From assembly GCF_056712565.1 (NCBI RefSeq), contig NZ_CM160072.1: a stretch of 64,000 bases of DNA, one strand, 5' to 3'. The notes beneath the pieces were generated by a model. The model was not told the origin of the DNA. It was given only the letters and a program-made list of their open reading frames with translations, and did no database searches. The position numbers were made by a program, and so were the translations under genes. Below, in pieces: positions 1 to 9,616 of the stretch (position 1 is the stretch's first letter; each line of letters starts with the position of its first letter).

Positions 1-1125
1 GTTGGCACCGTTGAAATTGAGGATCTACGGGTTATTCCGGTTATTTTTCTGCCCGGAGTCATGGGTTCAAACCTTATGGATAAGAAAGGAAAATCCATCT
101 GGCGATATGATGACTCTATGAGTCTGATGGGCTGGTCACTACCTACATCAGGACCAAAAGAGAGGAAAAGATTATTGCATCCTGACAGGGTGGAGGTCGA
201 TAATCGTGGGAGAATTCCCGCACCTCCGGATGCCCAAGAAAAACTTATTCAGTTAGGTCAACAATATCCGGAGGACCCATCCGATAAAGAAGCAATGGAT
301 AATTACACTCAGGCAGTACGTGACATTTTGGATAATATAGAGCCAGAAGCGAAATTATTTGGTTCAAGAAAAGATCGCGGCTGGGGAGAGGTTGCAAATG
401 CTAGCTACGGTTCCTTTCTCGATGTATTACAAACAGCATTGTACCGGGACAAACCTACAAAGAAAGGTGAGACGTTAAGTGCGACCTACCAGCAACTACT
501 CGATGTACCTTTGGGTTTGGAGTATGGTCCTGACTCACTTGATGAAGAGTATCTTGAAGTCATAAGGTTGTATCAATTTCCGGTCCATGTCGTTGGCTAT
601 AACTGGCTTGGTTCTAATATGCTCTCAGCAATCAGACTACAAGAACAGATCAAGAAAATTGTTGGAGGCTATCAAAAACGAGGAATGAAATGCCATAAAG
701 TTATTCTGGTTACGCATTCAATGGGAGGACTAGTGGCAAGGTACTTTTCAGAGTGTCTTTCGGGGAATACGGATGTCTACGGTATTGTTCATGGCGTATT
801 ACCATCAATTGGTGCTGCGGCGACATATACCCGAATGAAACGTGGAACTGAAAACCCAGAGTCAAATCCGGAAGGGTATGTTATCAGTCATATCTTAGGT
901 CGTAATGCAGCTGAAATGGTAGCTGTTTTTTCCCAGTCGCCAGGACCAATGGAATTACTACCCATGAATGATTATGGTGAAGAGTGGCTTAATATTGTCG
1001 ATCGTGATGGTAGTACATTAACGCTCCCTAAAAATCTTCCCATTAAAGAAGGTATTGCCCCCGAAGAACGCACCTACGCTGAACTTTATCTAAATAGAGA
1101 AAATTGGTGGATGAGAATCTATTGA
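1..1125 (+). CDS. Lipase-like alpha/beta-hydrolase, putative T6SS phospholipase effector (Tle-like); 5'-partial, N-terminal part
   Basis: Frame is open from base 1 (VGTVEIEDLRVIPVIFLPGVMGS...), so the gene starts upstream of the window. GxSxG nucleophile elbow GHSMGG, Ser codon at 718-720. Stops at 1123-1125. Confidence 0.55.
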   Translation, partial: VGTVEIEDLRVIPVIFLPGVMGSNLMDKKGKSIWRYDDSMSLMGWSLPTSGPKERKRLLHPDRVEVDNRGRIPAPPDAQEKLIQLGQQYPEDPSDKEAMDNYTQAVRDILDNIEPEAKLFGSRKDRGWGEVANASYGSFLDVLQTALYRDKPTKKGETLSATYQQLLDVPLGLEYGPDSLDEEYLEVIRLYQFPVHVVGYNWLGSNMLSAIRLQEQIKKIVGGYQKRGMKCHKVILVTHSMGGLVARYFSECLSGNTDVYGIVHGVLPSIGAAATYTRMKRGTENPESNPEGYVISHILGRNAAEMVAVFSQSPGPMELLPMNDYGEEWLNIVDRDGSTLTLPKNLPIKEGIAPEERTYAELYLNRENWWMRIY

Positions 1126-1718
1126 ATCCTTTTAATACTTCATTAAATCAAAAGCAAATTGATACTGATTGGAATATATATGAAAATTTAATTACTGAGA
1201 GTGTCAATCCATTTCATAAGCAAATTGCTGGAAAATATCATATCAATACTTACTCTTTCTATGGGAGAGCGAAATTGGGAGATATTCCTGAAGCGCATTT
1301 AACGCAGGAAAATGTTCTTTGGAAAGGCTCATTATCAATGGGAAAAAAAAGTGATATATCTTTAGAACCAAAATTCATTGATGGTCGTCTTGATTTAAAT
1401 GAAGTTGGTAACATTAGAACTATTAAGGATGAATTTTCTCCTGAAGAACAGGCGTGGGAAATAAATACTGACGACGGTGATACATATGTTAAGATAGGAC
1501 AGCGTTTTACATTACGAGACTCTTGTGAAAACGGGGATGGTACAGTACCTCTTCGTGCAGGACAAATCGTACACAAGAACATCCTAGAGCGTTTGGCTGT
1601 ACAGGTTTCTCACGAGGCTGCTTATCGAAATCCCGTTAGTCAGGCATTTGCATTACGTTCTATTATAAAAATAGCTCAGGAGGTAAAAAAGGATGGTAAA
1701 ATGTCATACTCTGATTAA
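1104..1718 (+). CDS. C-terminal portion of the same lipase-like protein in the -1 frame (carries candidate Asp and His of the triad); probable frameshift partner
   Basis: Contains ...GDGTVPLRAGQ... and ...VSHEAAYRNP... downstream of the Ser motif. This frame opens right after a stop at 1095-1097, only about 25 nt before the upstream ORF ends. Confidence 0.4.
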   Translation: MVDENLLNPFNTSLNQKQIDTDWNIYENLITESVNPFHKQIAGKYHINTYSFYGRAKLGDIPEAHLTQENVLWKGSLSMGKKSDISLEPKFIDGRLDLNEVGNIRTIKDEFSPEEQAWEINTDDGDTYVKIGQRFTLRDSCENGDGTVPLRAGQIVHKNILERLAVQVSHEAAYRNPVSQAFALRSIIKIAQEVKKDGKMSYSD

Positions 1719-2526
1719 CCGTAGAAATAAATGTCTGCTGATTGTTTTTATAGTCCTTATTGGATGGATTATATTCAGACCTAAAGCATATACTTATTCA
1801 CTAAATGATAAAGAAAAAGAGATGCTCATAATGTTATCACAACATCCTGAAACTCGGTACTTTGGATTTTATTCCATAGAACTTCCGGCTGATTACAAAC
1901 CAACAGGAATGGTTATGTTCATACAAGGATCGGCGATGATCCCTGTAGAAACAAAGCTACAATATTATCCTCCTTTTCTGCAATATATGACACGATATGA
2001 GGCAGAACTAAAAAACACCTCAGCATTAGATCCACTGGATACGCCTTATTTGAAGCAAGTTCACCCACTAAGTCCACCTATGAATGGAGTCATTTTTGAA
2101 CGAATGAAAGCGAAATACACCCCAGATTTTGCACGAGTATTGGATGCATGGAAATGGGAAAATGGCGTTACGTTTTCAGTAAAAATAGAAGCTAAAGATG
2201 GTAGAGCAACCCGCTATGATGGAATTAGTAAGATTGCCGAATACAGTTATGGATATAATATTCCAGAAAAAAAAGTACAGTTACTTACTATTCTTTCAGG
2301 ACTACAACCTCGTGCAGATAACCAACCCCCATCAGAAAATAAATTGGCGATACAATATGCACAGGTTGACGCTTCACTACTTGGAGAGTATGAATTATCT
2401 GTAGATTATAAAAATAGCAATAATATTAAAATAAGTTTGCAGACGGATAATAATAGTTATATTGACTCATTATTAGATATAAGATATCCGAGTAATGGAA
2501 ACAGAGCATGGTATAACTCTATATAA
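1693..2526 (+). CDS. Hypothetical N-terminally membrane-anchored protein; candidate immunity or accessory protein for the lipase
   Basis: Strong RBS AGGAGG 9 nt upstream of ATG 1693. N-terminal hydrophobic segment CLLIVFIVLIGWIIF. Overlaps the lipase 3' end (operon coupling). AT-rich. Confidence 0.4.
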   Translation: MVKCHTLINRRNKCLLIVFIVLIGWIIFRPKAYTYSLNDKEKEMLIMLSQHPETRYFGFYSIELPADYKPTGMVMFIQGSAMIPVETKLQYYPPFLQYMTRYEAELKNTSALDPLDTPYLKQVHPLSPPMNGVIFERMKAKYTPDFARVLDAWKWENGVTFSVKIEAKDGRATRYDGISKIAEYSYGYNIPEKKVQLLTILSGLQPRADNQPPSENKLAIQYAQVDASLLGEYELSVDYKNSNNIKISLQTDNNSYIDSLLDIRYPSNGNRAWYNSI

Positions 2527-2788
2527 AGGTCGTAAGAAAATTAATGGTCTGGAGATATCTGAATGGTGGGTTCGTAAGCAAATAATGTTGAACTCAGAAC
2601 CATCACGAGATTATGAATTCAATCTGGCAATCCATGAGGATAAGAAAAACAACAAACAGTTATTAAAACTTGTTATGAATTACAGTGTTGACATCTTACA
2701 CGCTGACAATGCATTAACTGAACATGAACTGATGGCGCTGTGGGAAAGTATAACAGGGACAATTAAATATCATCCCACGCAGTGGTAA
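2495..2788 (+). CDS. Small hypothetical protein (97 aa), candidate immunity-family protein
   Basis: ORF directly follows and overlaps the previous gene; a degenerate paralogous copy lies immediately downstream. Confidence 0.35.
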   Translation: METEHGITLYKGRKKINGLEISEWWVRKQIMLNSEPSRDYEFNLAIHEDKKNNKQLLKLVMNYSVDILHADNALTEHELMALWESITGTIKYHPTQW

Positions 2789-2807
2789 AGCAGATAATCA
2801 GAACAGT

Positions 2808-3176
2808 CTGGAGATATCGGAATATACTCGTGGTACTTCAAGTTGCATGGTACGCACAAGGCCCTTGTCGGAAAGGGCTTGGGCTACAGAACTCATTTAC
2901 GTGCATCTTCAAGTTTATCGGGTATAGTAGATTAAACAGCAGATCACGCTAAGTACTGACCCGCTGCAAAATTACAGGTTTTATCTGACAGTCCATGATG
3001 ATAAAAAGAATGGTGGTCAACGGTTAATACTTACGATGACTTATAGCATCAGACCTTCTGAATTCAAAAGAAGTCTTAACCGAACATGAACTGGTTGCCG
3101 TGTTGCAGCAAATGACCAGTACGCTGAAATACCCCCTCTCACAAAACATAAAGATAATGGTATCTCATTTATATCA
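2808..3176 (+). pseudogene. Decayed, frameshifted duplicate of the 2495-2788 gene
   Basis: Translations FYLTVHDDKKNGGQRLILTMTYSI and DLLNSKEVLTEHELVAVLQQMTSTLKYP (different frames) align to EFNLAIHEDKKNNKQLLKLVMNYSV...DILHADNALTEHELMALWESITGTIKYH of the upstream ORF. The 5' end tctggagatatcggaat repeats tctggagatatctgaat at 2549. Confidence 0.45.
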
Positions 3177-3251
3177 ATGACCGGGAATAGGCAACTATAC
3201 TTTCATTTTTTAAATTATTTTCCTGTTGTAAATAAATCAGAGGTAAAAATT

Positions 3252-3512
3252 ATGCCTGGGATCGTTTGTTTAGGTGATGCCACGACTCATGGTGGTAAGG
3301 TGATTACCGCAACTTCAACGCTTTTTATCAATGGCATTCAGGTAGCTCTCGTAGGTGATCTGGTTTCCTGCCCAAAGCACGGCGTGAATCCCATACAAGA
3401 AGGTGACCCGACAGCGACGGAAAAAGGTCGTAATGTCGTTGTTAATCATTGCCAATGTGCATGTGGCTGTAGGGTTATCAGTTCTCAACCAGAAAATAGT
3501 ATCGAGTCATAA
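3252..3512 (+). CDS. Small PAAR-like protein (about 86 aa), candidate T6SS spike-tip protein
   Basis: RBS GAGG before ATG 3252. Gly/Cys/His-rich pattern (CLGDATTHGGKVI...VALVGDLVSCPKHG...HCQCACGC) typical of PAAR. The ORF track start at 3177 is probably too far upstream. Confidence 0.55.
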   Translation: MPGIVCLGDATTHGGKVITATSTLFINGIQVALVGDLVSCPKHGVNPIQEGDPTATEKGRNVVVNHCQCACGCRVISSQPENSIES

Positions 3513-3513
3513 T

Positions 3514-4650
3514 ATGGGATGGCCTGTACCCGATATTCCAGAAAGAAAAATGCTACCTGAGCCTGTTTATCGACGCTGGATTATATTATTAATATCTATG
3601 TTAACAGTTGGTACTCTGTTTATTTTATCGGTCTGGAATTCTGCGACATACTGGGATATTTTTATTTATGGCGTTCTGCCAATGCTGTTTCTTTGGCTAT
3701 GTTTGTTTGGTATTGCGCTGAACAAATATGAACAATCCGTTGCAGCCTGTATAAGTTGGGAGTCTGAAAGACAACAAGTTAAACAACTCTGGCAACACTG
3801 GAGCCAAAAACAACTGGCAATAGTTGGGAATGTTCTTTTTACACCGGAAGAAAAAGGCATGAGTGTTTTACTGGGGCCACAGGAAGAGATCCCTGCATAT
3901 CCTAAAAAGGCACGACCGTTATTCTCTGCATCCCGTTATTCTCTTTCGTCTATATTCCATGATATTCACCAGCAACTGACACAACAATTTCCTGATTATC
4001 GTCATTATCTACATACTATCTACGTATTACAGCCTGAGAAATGGCGTGGAGAAACCGTGAGACAGGCTATTTTCCATCAATGGGACTTAGTACCTGAACG
4101 GACCAATACTCTTAATCAAATCCAGTCTCTTTATGATGAAAGATTTGACGGTCTAATTCTGGTTGTTTGTTTACAAAACTGGCCGGAGAATAAACCTGAA
4201 GATACGAGTGAACTGGTATCAGCACAGCTTATCTCCTCATCGTCATTTGTACGGCAGCACCAGATACCCGTTATTGCTGGTCTGGGGCGTGTAATGCCAT
4301 TAGAACCCGAGGAGTTGGAGCATAATCTGGATGTGTTATTTGAATATAACCAATTGGATAACAAACAACTACAGCATGTCTGGGTCTCTGGTTTAGATGA
4401 GGGAACGATAGAAAACCTTATGCAGTATGCTGAACAACATCAATGGTCACTTCCTAAAAAACGGCCCCTACACATGATTGATCATTCCTTTGGCCCTACA
4501 GGAGAGTTTATTTTTCCTGTCTCTCTGGCAATGCTGTCAGAGGCTGCCAAAGAAACTGAACAAAATCATTTAATTATCTATCAGTCAGCACAGTATGCTC
4601 AGAAAAAGAGCCTTTGCCTGATTACCCGGAAGCTTTATTTAAGGACATGA
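3514..4650 (+). CDS. Inner-membrane protein of unknown function (N-terminal TM segments plus cytoplasmic domain), encoded between PAAR and tssM
   Basis: ATG 3514 lies 1 nt after the PAAR stop. Hydrophobic segments RRWIILLISMLTVGTLFILSVW and IFIYGVLPMLFLWLCLFGIAL. Track start at 3403 would overlap the PAAR gene. Confidence 0.5.
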   Translation: MGWPVPDIPERKMLPEPVYRRWIILLISMLTVGTLFILSVWNSATYWDIFIYGVLPMLFLWLCLFGIALNKYEQSVAACISWESERQQVKQLWQHWSQKQLAIVGNVLFTPEEKGMSVLLGPQEEIPAYPKKARPLFSASRYSLSSIFHDIHQQLTQQFPDYRHYLHTIYVLQPEKWRGETVRQAIFHQWDLVPERTNTLNQIQSLYDERFDGLILVVCLQNWPENKPEDTSELVSAQLISSSSFVRQHQIPVIAGLGRVMPLEPEELEHNLDVLFEYNQLDNKQLQHVWVSGLDEGTIENLMQYAEQHQWSLPKKRPLHMIDHSFGPTGEFIFPVSLAMLSEAAKETEQNHLIIYQSAQYAQKKSLCLITRKLYLRT

Positions 4651-4659
4651 GGAAAAATA

Positions 4660-7600
4660 ATGCATACTCAGCGTTACGGTTTCTGGGGATATTTAATTCT
4701 GATTATTGGTTTGGCAGGGATTTGCGCTCTGTTAATTATTATTAATCAGGATGTTCTGATAAAGAGCGGAGTGTCTGCTCGTCTGATATGGGGAATATGG
4801 GCGGGATTATTTTCTCTTTTTTTACTTGGGGTTGTGTGTTCGCCGTTCTGGTGGATCCGGAAGCAAAGGAAAGCGCAATTTATTTACAGACCAAAAAATT
4901 CGGCAGAAAACGACCAACCCGTATCTTCTCCATCAGAGGATATTTTAACCGATCTCAGCTCAAATATTCGGTTACGCTATGGTCCGTTCTGGCGGCGTAA
5001 AGTCCGCCTGCTGCTGGTGACCGGCGAGCCTGAAGAGGCAGAGGCCATCGCGCCGGGGCTGACCGGGCAACACTGGCTGGAGGGCGACCACACCGTGCTG
5101 ATATATGGCGGCAGGCCAACAGCGGAGCCTGATGTCACACTGCTGACCGCCTTAAAAAAACTGCGCCGCAGCCGTCCGCTGGACGGCATCATCTGGCCGC
5201 TGACAGAAGAACAAAGCCGCCAGACCGCACAACTCGACAAAGGCTGGCGCGAACTGATAAACGGCGGTAAGCGACTCGGTTTTCAGGCTCCACTCTATTT
5301 GTGGCAGGTCTGTGACGACGGTGATTATCAGACCGGACGCCCCCTGCAAAGCGTCGGCTGCCTGCTGCCGGAACGCTGTACCCCGGAACAACTGGCTGTA
5401 ATGCTGGAAGCACAAACCCTGCCGCTGACGGAACAGGGCATGTCGCAACTGCTGGCGGATAACCGCCATGATTTCCTGCTGCGTCTGGCCCATACCCTTG
5501 CAGAGCGGGGTATCGCTCACTGGCAAAGCGTTCTGAAACCGCTGCTGGCAGGCGGCGCATTTTCTTCCCTGCGCCTGCGTGGCCTGATGTTCAGCCCGCC
5601 GCTTGCCGCCGTGCCGGAGGCCGCACCTCATGCGTGGCTGCCGTCACCGGTCTGGGCGGGCGTGACGGGTGATAACGCGCGCGGGCGCACGGTGGGTTTT
5701 CCGTGGCTGCGTACCGCACTGATGTCCGCTGTCTGCGTGCTGGTGATATGGGGGGCCGGAATGACGACCTCGTTCTTCGCCAACCGCGCTCTTGTTCAGG
5801 AAACCGGTATCCAGACGGCGCGTGCGCTCGATACCCGCCTGCCGCTGGCAGAACAACTGGTGGCGCTGCATACCCTGCAGGGCGAACTGGAACGCCTGCA
5901 ATACCGTATCCGCGAAGGTGCGCCGTGGTATCAGCGTTTTGGCCTTGAACGTAACCAACAACTGCTCGCCGCCGCTTTTCCCGGCTATGCGCAGGCGGCA
6001 AACCGGCTGGTGCGCGACGTGGCCGTTGACCATCTGCAACAGCAACTTAATGCCTTTGTCGCGCTGCCGCCCAACAGTCCTCAGCGTACCGCCACCGGTG
6101 AACAACGCTATAAGCAGCTTAAGGCATTGCTGATGACTTCCCGCCCGGAAAAGGCCGACGCTGCCTTTTTCAGTACCACGCTGATGGCGGACGGTCTGCG
6201 CTACGAGAATATCCCGGAAGGTGTGCGGCAGAGCGTGTTGCCGTCACTGCTGACCTTCTGGACGGCGAACCTGCCGGAACACCCGCAGTGGAAAACATCG
6301 CCGCCACCGGAACTGACCGGCGCAGTGCGTAAAATCCTGCTGCGCCAGATTGGTGTGCGTAATGCCGAAAACACCCTCTACCAGAACGTGCTGCAACAGG
6401 TGTCCCGCAACTACGCCGATATGACGCTGGCGGACATGACCGGGGATACCCTCACCGAATCTCTTTTCAGTACGGAACAGACGGTGCCGGGGATGTTCAC
6501 CCGTCAGGCGTGGGAAGGACAGGTCAGGGAAGCCATCGAGCAGGTGGTGACGGCGCGGCGCGAGGAAATCGACTGGGTACTCAGCGACCGCCAGCAGGAT
6601 ACCTCTGCGGATATCTCGCCGGATACGCTGCGTAACCGTCTCACCTCACGCTACTTTACCGACTTTGCCGGAAGCTGGCTGGCGTTTCTCAACAGCATTC
6701 GCTGGAAAAAGGAAGACTCGCTCTCCGGCATTCTCGACCAGCTGACACTGATGGCCGATGCCCGTCAGTCGCCACTGATTGCGCTGACGGACACCCTCGC
6801 GTGGCAGGCGGCGGCAGGCAGGGAAAACCGTGGCCTGTCAGACTCGCTGGCGAAATCGGCACAGGAACTGTTTAACGGCAAGGAGAAAACGCCGCAGCAA
6901 TCCCGTGAAGGCAACGAGCCTGTCGGGCCGCTGGATAAAACCTTCGCGCCGCTACTGCGGTTGCTGGGCGATAAGGCAGGAGGCGGTGGTGGTGATACGC
7001 AACTCAGCCTGCAAACGTATCTGACCCGCGTCACCCGCGTGCGTCTCAAACTGCAACAGGTGACCAACGCCCCCGACCCGCAGGAGATGACCCAGCAACT
7101 GGCGCAGACGGTTTTACAGGGCAAAACCGTTGACCTCACCGACACCCGCGACTACGGACGGTTAATCGCCGCCAGTCTGGGCGAGGAATGGAGTGGCTTC
7201 GGTCAGGCGCTGTTCGTCCGCCCGGTGGAGCAGTCGTGGCGGCAGGTGCTGACGCCTGCGGCGGACAGCCTGAACCGTCAGTGGCAGCGGGCGATAGTCA
7301 GCCACTGGAATCAGGACTTCGCCGGGCGCTATCCGTTCAAAGCCTCACAAAACGATGCCTCTCTTCCCCTGCTGGCACAGTATCTGCGCGATGACGGGCG
7401 CATCAACCAGTTTATCGCCGCCAACCTTTCCGGTGTTCTGAAACGTGAAGGCCGCTACTGGGTGGCTGACGCCATGAACACGCAGGGGCTGACGGTTAAC
7501 CCGGACTTTATCCGCGCCCTGAACCGCCTGCGTGACGTGGCCGACACCGCCTTTGCCAGCGGCGATGCGGGAATACATTTCGAACTGCGGGCAAAACCGG

Positions 7601-8013
7601 CGCGTGACGTGATGAAAACGCATCTGGTGATTGACGGGCAGGAGCTGGAATATTTCAACCAGAAGGAACGCTGGCAGCGTTTCAACTGGCCGGATGAACA
7701 GTGGCAACCCGGCGCATCGCTGAGCTGGACCAGCACGCAGGCGATGGAACGCATTCTGGCGGATTACCGGGGAAGCTGGAGCCTTATTCGCCTGCTGGAA
7801 CAGGCGCAGGTGACACCGGTGGACAGCAGCACCTTTAAGGTGGTGTGGAAAGCGCAGGATGGCCTGCCGCTGAATTACCTGCTGCGGGTTGAACAGGGTA
7901 AAGGGCCGCTGGCGCTGCTGGAGCTGAAAAACTTCCGCCTGCCGGGACAGGTATTTCTGACCGGCAGGAGTATGAAGGATGCGGAAGAGTATGGGGAAGA
8001 CGCCGATGAGTGA
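4660..8013 (+). CDS. tssM: TssM (IcmF-like) T6SS membrane-complex protein, 1117 aa
   Basis: Good RBS GAGGAAAAATA before ATG. Two N-terminal TM helices, cytoplasmic domain, third TM near residue 350 (LRTALMSAVCVLVIWGAGMTTSFF), long periplasmic C-terminal domain. Size and topology fit TssM. High GC. Confidence 0.8.
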   Translation: MHTQRYGFWGYLILIIGLAGICALLIIINQDVLIKSGVSARLIWGIWAGLFSLFLLGVVCSPFWWIRKQRKAQFIYRPKNSAENDQPVSSPSEDILTDLSSNIRLRYGPFWRRKVRLLLVTGEPEEAEAIAPGLTGQHWLEGDHTVLIYGGRPTAEPDVTLLTALKKLRRSRPLDGIIWPLTEEQSRQTAQLDKGWRELINGGKRLGFQAPLYLWQVCDDGDYQTGRPLQSVGCLLPERCTPEQLAVMLEAQTLPLTEQGMSQLLADNRHDFLLRLAHTLAERGIAHWQSVLKPLLAGGAFSSLRLRGLMFSPPLAAVPEAAPHAWLPSPVWAGVTGDNARGRTVGFPWLRTALMSAVCVLVIWGAGMTTSFFANRALVQETGIQTARALDTRLPLAEQLVALHTLQGELERLQYRIREGAPWYQRFGLERNQQLLAAAFPGYAQAANRLVRDVAVDHLQQQLNAFVALPPNSPQRTATGEQRYKQLKALLMTSRPEKADAAFFSTTLMADGLRYENIPEGVRQSVLPSLLTFWTANLPEHPQWKTSPPPELTGAVRKILLRQIGVRNAENTLYQNVLQQVSRNYADMTLADMTGDTLTESLFSTEQTVPGMFTRQAWEGQVREAIEQVVTARREEIDWVLSDRQQDTSADISPDTLRNRLTSRYFTDFAGSWLAFLNSIRWKKEDSLSGILDQLTLMADARQSPLIALTDTLAWQAAAGRENRGLSDSLAKSAQELFNGKEKTPQQSREGNEPVGPLDKTFAPLLRLLGDKAGGGGGDTQLSLQTYLTRVTRVRLKLQQVTNAPDPQEMTQQLAQTVLQGKTVDLTDTRDYGRLIAASLGEEWSGFGQALFVRPVEQSWRQVLTPAADSLNRQWQRAIVSHWNQDFAGRYPFKASQNDASLPLLAQYLRDDGRINQFIAANLSGVLKREGRYWVADAMNTQGLTVNPDFIRALNRLRDVADTAFASGDAGIHFELRAKPARDVMKTHLVIDGQELEYFNQKERWQRFNWPDEQWQPGASLSWTSTQAMERILADYRGSWSLIRLLEQAQVTPVDSSTFKVVWKAQDGLPLNYLLRVEQGKGPLALLELKNFRLPGQVFLTGRSMKDAEEYGEDADE

Positions 8014-9616
8014 ACTGTTGCAAAAGCTGACCCGTAGCTGTTTTGCCGACCGGGATGCACTGGATGTGGCGCGAACACAGGCGGCGCTGTGGCAGACATG
8101 GCTGCTGCCGGTGACGGCAGACACGCCGGTCGGGGAAGACCCCGGCTACCACGACGATTTCCTGCGTATACGCGACGAAATGAACAAACTTTCCGGCACA
8201 GATACCGGCCTTATCTGCCAGCTTGCCGAATCCCTGCTGCTGACGCAGGCCAAAGACGTGCGCATCGCCACTTACTACATCTGGGCGCGACTGCACCGCG
8301 ACGGTGAGCGCGGACTGGCGGAAGGACTGGCGCTGCTGACCGGACTGGTGGAACGCTTCGGTACGCAACTGCTGCCCTCGCGTCCGGCCAGCCGGAAAAT
8401 GGCGCTGGAGTGGCTGGCAGGGGAAAAGATGCTCGACAGCCTTGCCCGCTACCCGGAAGTGGCAAAAGAGGATTTTGCGAACATTGTTGCCGCTCTTAAT
8501 CAACTGACGGTTTCCTTCACTGCATGGCCCGAAGACCAGCATTCCCCCTCCCTGATGCCACTGATTAACGCGCTGGAATCACGTCTGGCGCAGTCGGGCG
8601 GGATGAACGCGGTGGTGCCGCAAAACAGCAGCAGCGTTACTGCACCGTCATCCCCGGTGGATGCGCCACAGGTACAGACCATCACCTCCGGGCGTGACCT
8701 GCTCGACCAGGCGAAAGTGCTGGCCCGTTATCTGAACGAACAGCCGCAGGGCTGGCTTTCGGCGCACCGGCTGATGAAAACCCTGCGCTGGGACACGGTG
8801 CATGAACTGCCGCCGGATGTGGACGGCAAAACCCGGCTGGCCCCGCCGCGCACCGAGTCACGCAACCAGCTTAAGCGGCTGTATGCCCAGCAGAACTGGA
8901 CGGAACTGCTGGAGCAGGCCGACCTGATGTTCAGCACCGGCGTCAGCCATTTCTGGCTGGATATCCAGTGGTATCTGCATCAGGCGCTGACTAAGGCGGG
9001 CGTACCGTGGGACAGGTGGACAGCTGTTATCCGTCAGGACCTGGCGTTACTGCTGGAACGCCTGCCAGGGCTGGAAAATCTGGCATGGAACGACGGCACG
9101 CCGTTCGCCGATGAGGTGACGCGCAACTGGATAGCGCAGCAGGTCATGATGCGGGAAGACGGCGCATGGCTTGCGGGGAAAGCCGCTGTACCGACAGACG
9201 ACGCCACAAATGACGTACTGGCGCTGGAGCCGGAAGCACTGGCGATGGCAGACAGTCAGGGCGTGGAAGCGGCGCTGGGCTGGATACAGACCCGTCCGGG
9301 CATCACCACGGCACGACAGCGCCTGTTATTGCGACTGCTGATGGCGCGGGTGGCGGAACAGTACGGTAAAAACGAGATGGCGCTCCTGCTGCTGGAAGAA
9401 CTGGATACCGCCGCACAGGGAATAACGCTGACGCAGTGGGAGCCAGAACTGCTGTTTGAAGTAAAAGCCCGGCAACTGAAACTGCTGCGTCTGCGGGCGC
9501 ACCGCTATGCGGATAAAGCCCTGCTGAACCGAAAAATGGAAATCCTGCTGGGAACGCTGGTGGCAATCGATCCGGCACGGGCAGCGGTACTGTGTGATAC
9601 GCAACATAAGGACTGA
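8006..9616 (+). CDS. tssA: TssA (ImpA N-terminal domain protein)
   Basis: ImpA_N-like signature ...PVGEDPGYHDDFLRIRDEMNKL...IATYYIWARL...GLALLTGL. ATG 8006 overlaps the tssM stop (ATGAGTGA); alternative in-frame starts at 7979 and 7991. Confidence 0.75.
   Translation: MSELLQKLTRSCFADRDALDVARTQAALWQTWLLPVTADTPVGEDPGYHDDFLRIRDEMNKLSGTDTGLICQLAESLLLTQAKDVRIATYYIWARLHRDGERGLAEGLALLTGLVERFGTQLLPSRPASRKMALEWLAGEKMLDSLARYPEVAKEDFANIVAALNQLTVSFTAWPEDQHSPSLMPLINALESRLAQSGGMNAVVPQNSSSVTAPSSPVDAPQVQTITSGRDLLDQAKVLARYLNEQPQGWLSAHRLMKTLRWDTVHELPPDVDGKTRLAPPRTESRNQLKRLYAQQNWTELLEQADLMFSTGVSHFWLDIQWYLHQALTKAGVPWDRWTAVIRQDLALLLERLPGLENLAWNDGTPFADEVTRNWIAQQVMMREDGAWLAGKAAVPTDDATNDVLALEPEALAMADSQGVEAALGWIQTRPGITTARQRLLLRLLMARVAEQYGKNEMALLLLEELDTAAQGITLTQWEPELLFEVKARQLKLLRLRAHRYADKALLNRKMEILLGTLVAIDPARAAVLCDTQHKD

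Noticed and set aside
4977-8542. Many antisense or alternative-frame ORFs inside tssM and tssA (for example 5152-5631, 5591-6001, 5644-6105, 7345-8124, 7835-8542)
   Set aside because: They lie in very GC-rich coding DNA where stop codons are rare in all frames. They overlap well-supported genes and have Arg/Ala/Pro-rich low-complexity translations typical of spurious ORFs.
9556-9563. Chi site GCTGGTGG (others at reverse-complement CCACCAGC positions elsewhere)
   Set aside because: Chi is expected every few kb in enterobacterial genomes. Its presence near recBCD is coincidental.
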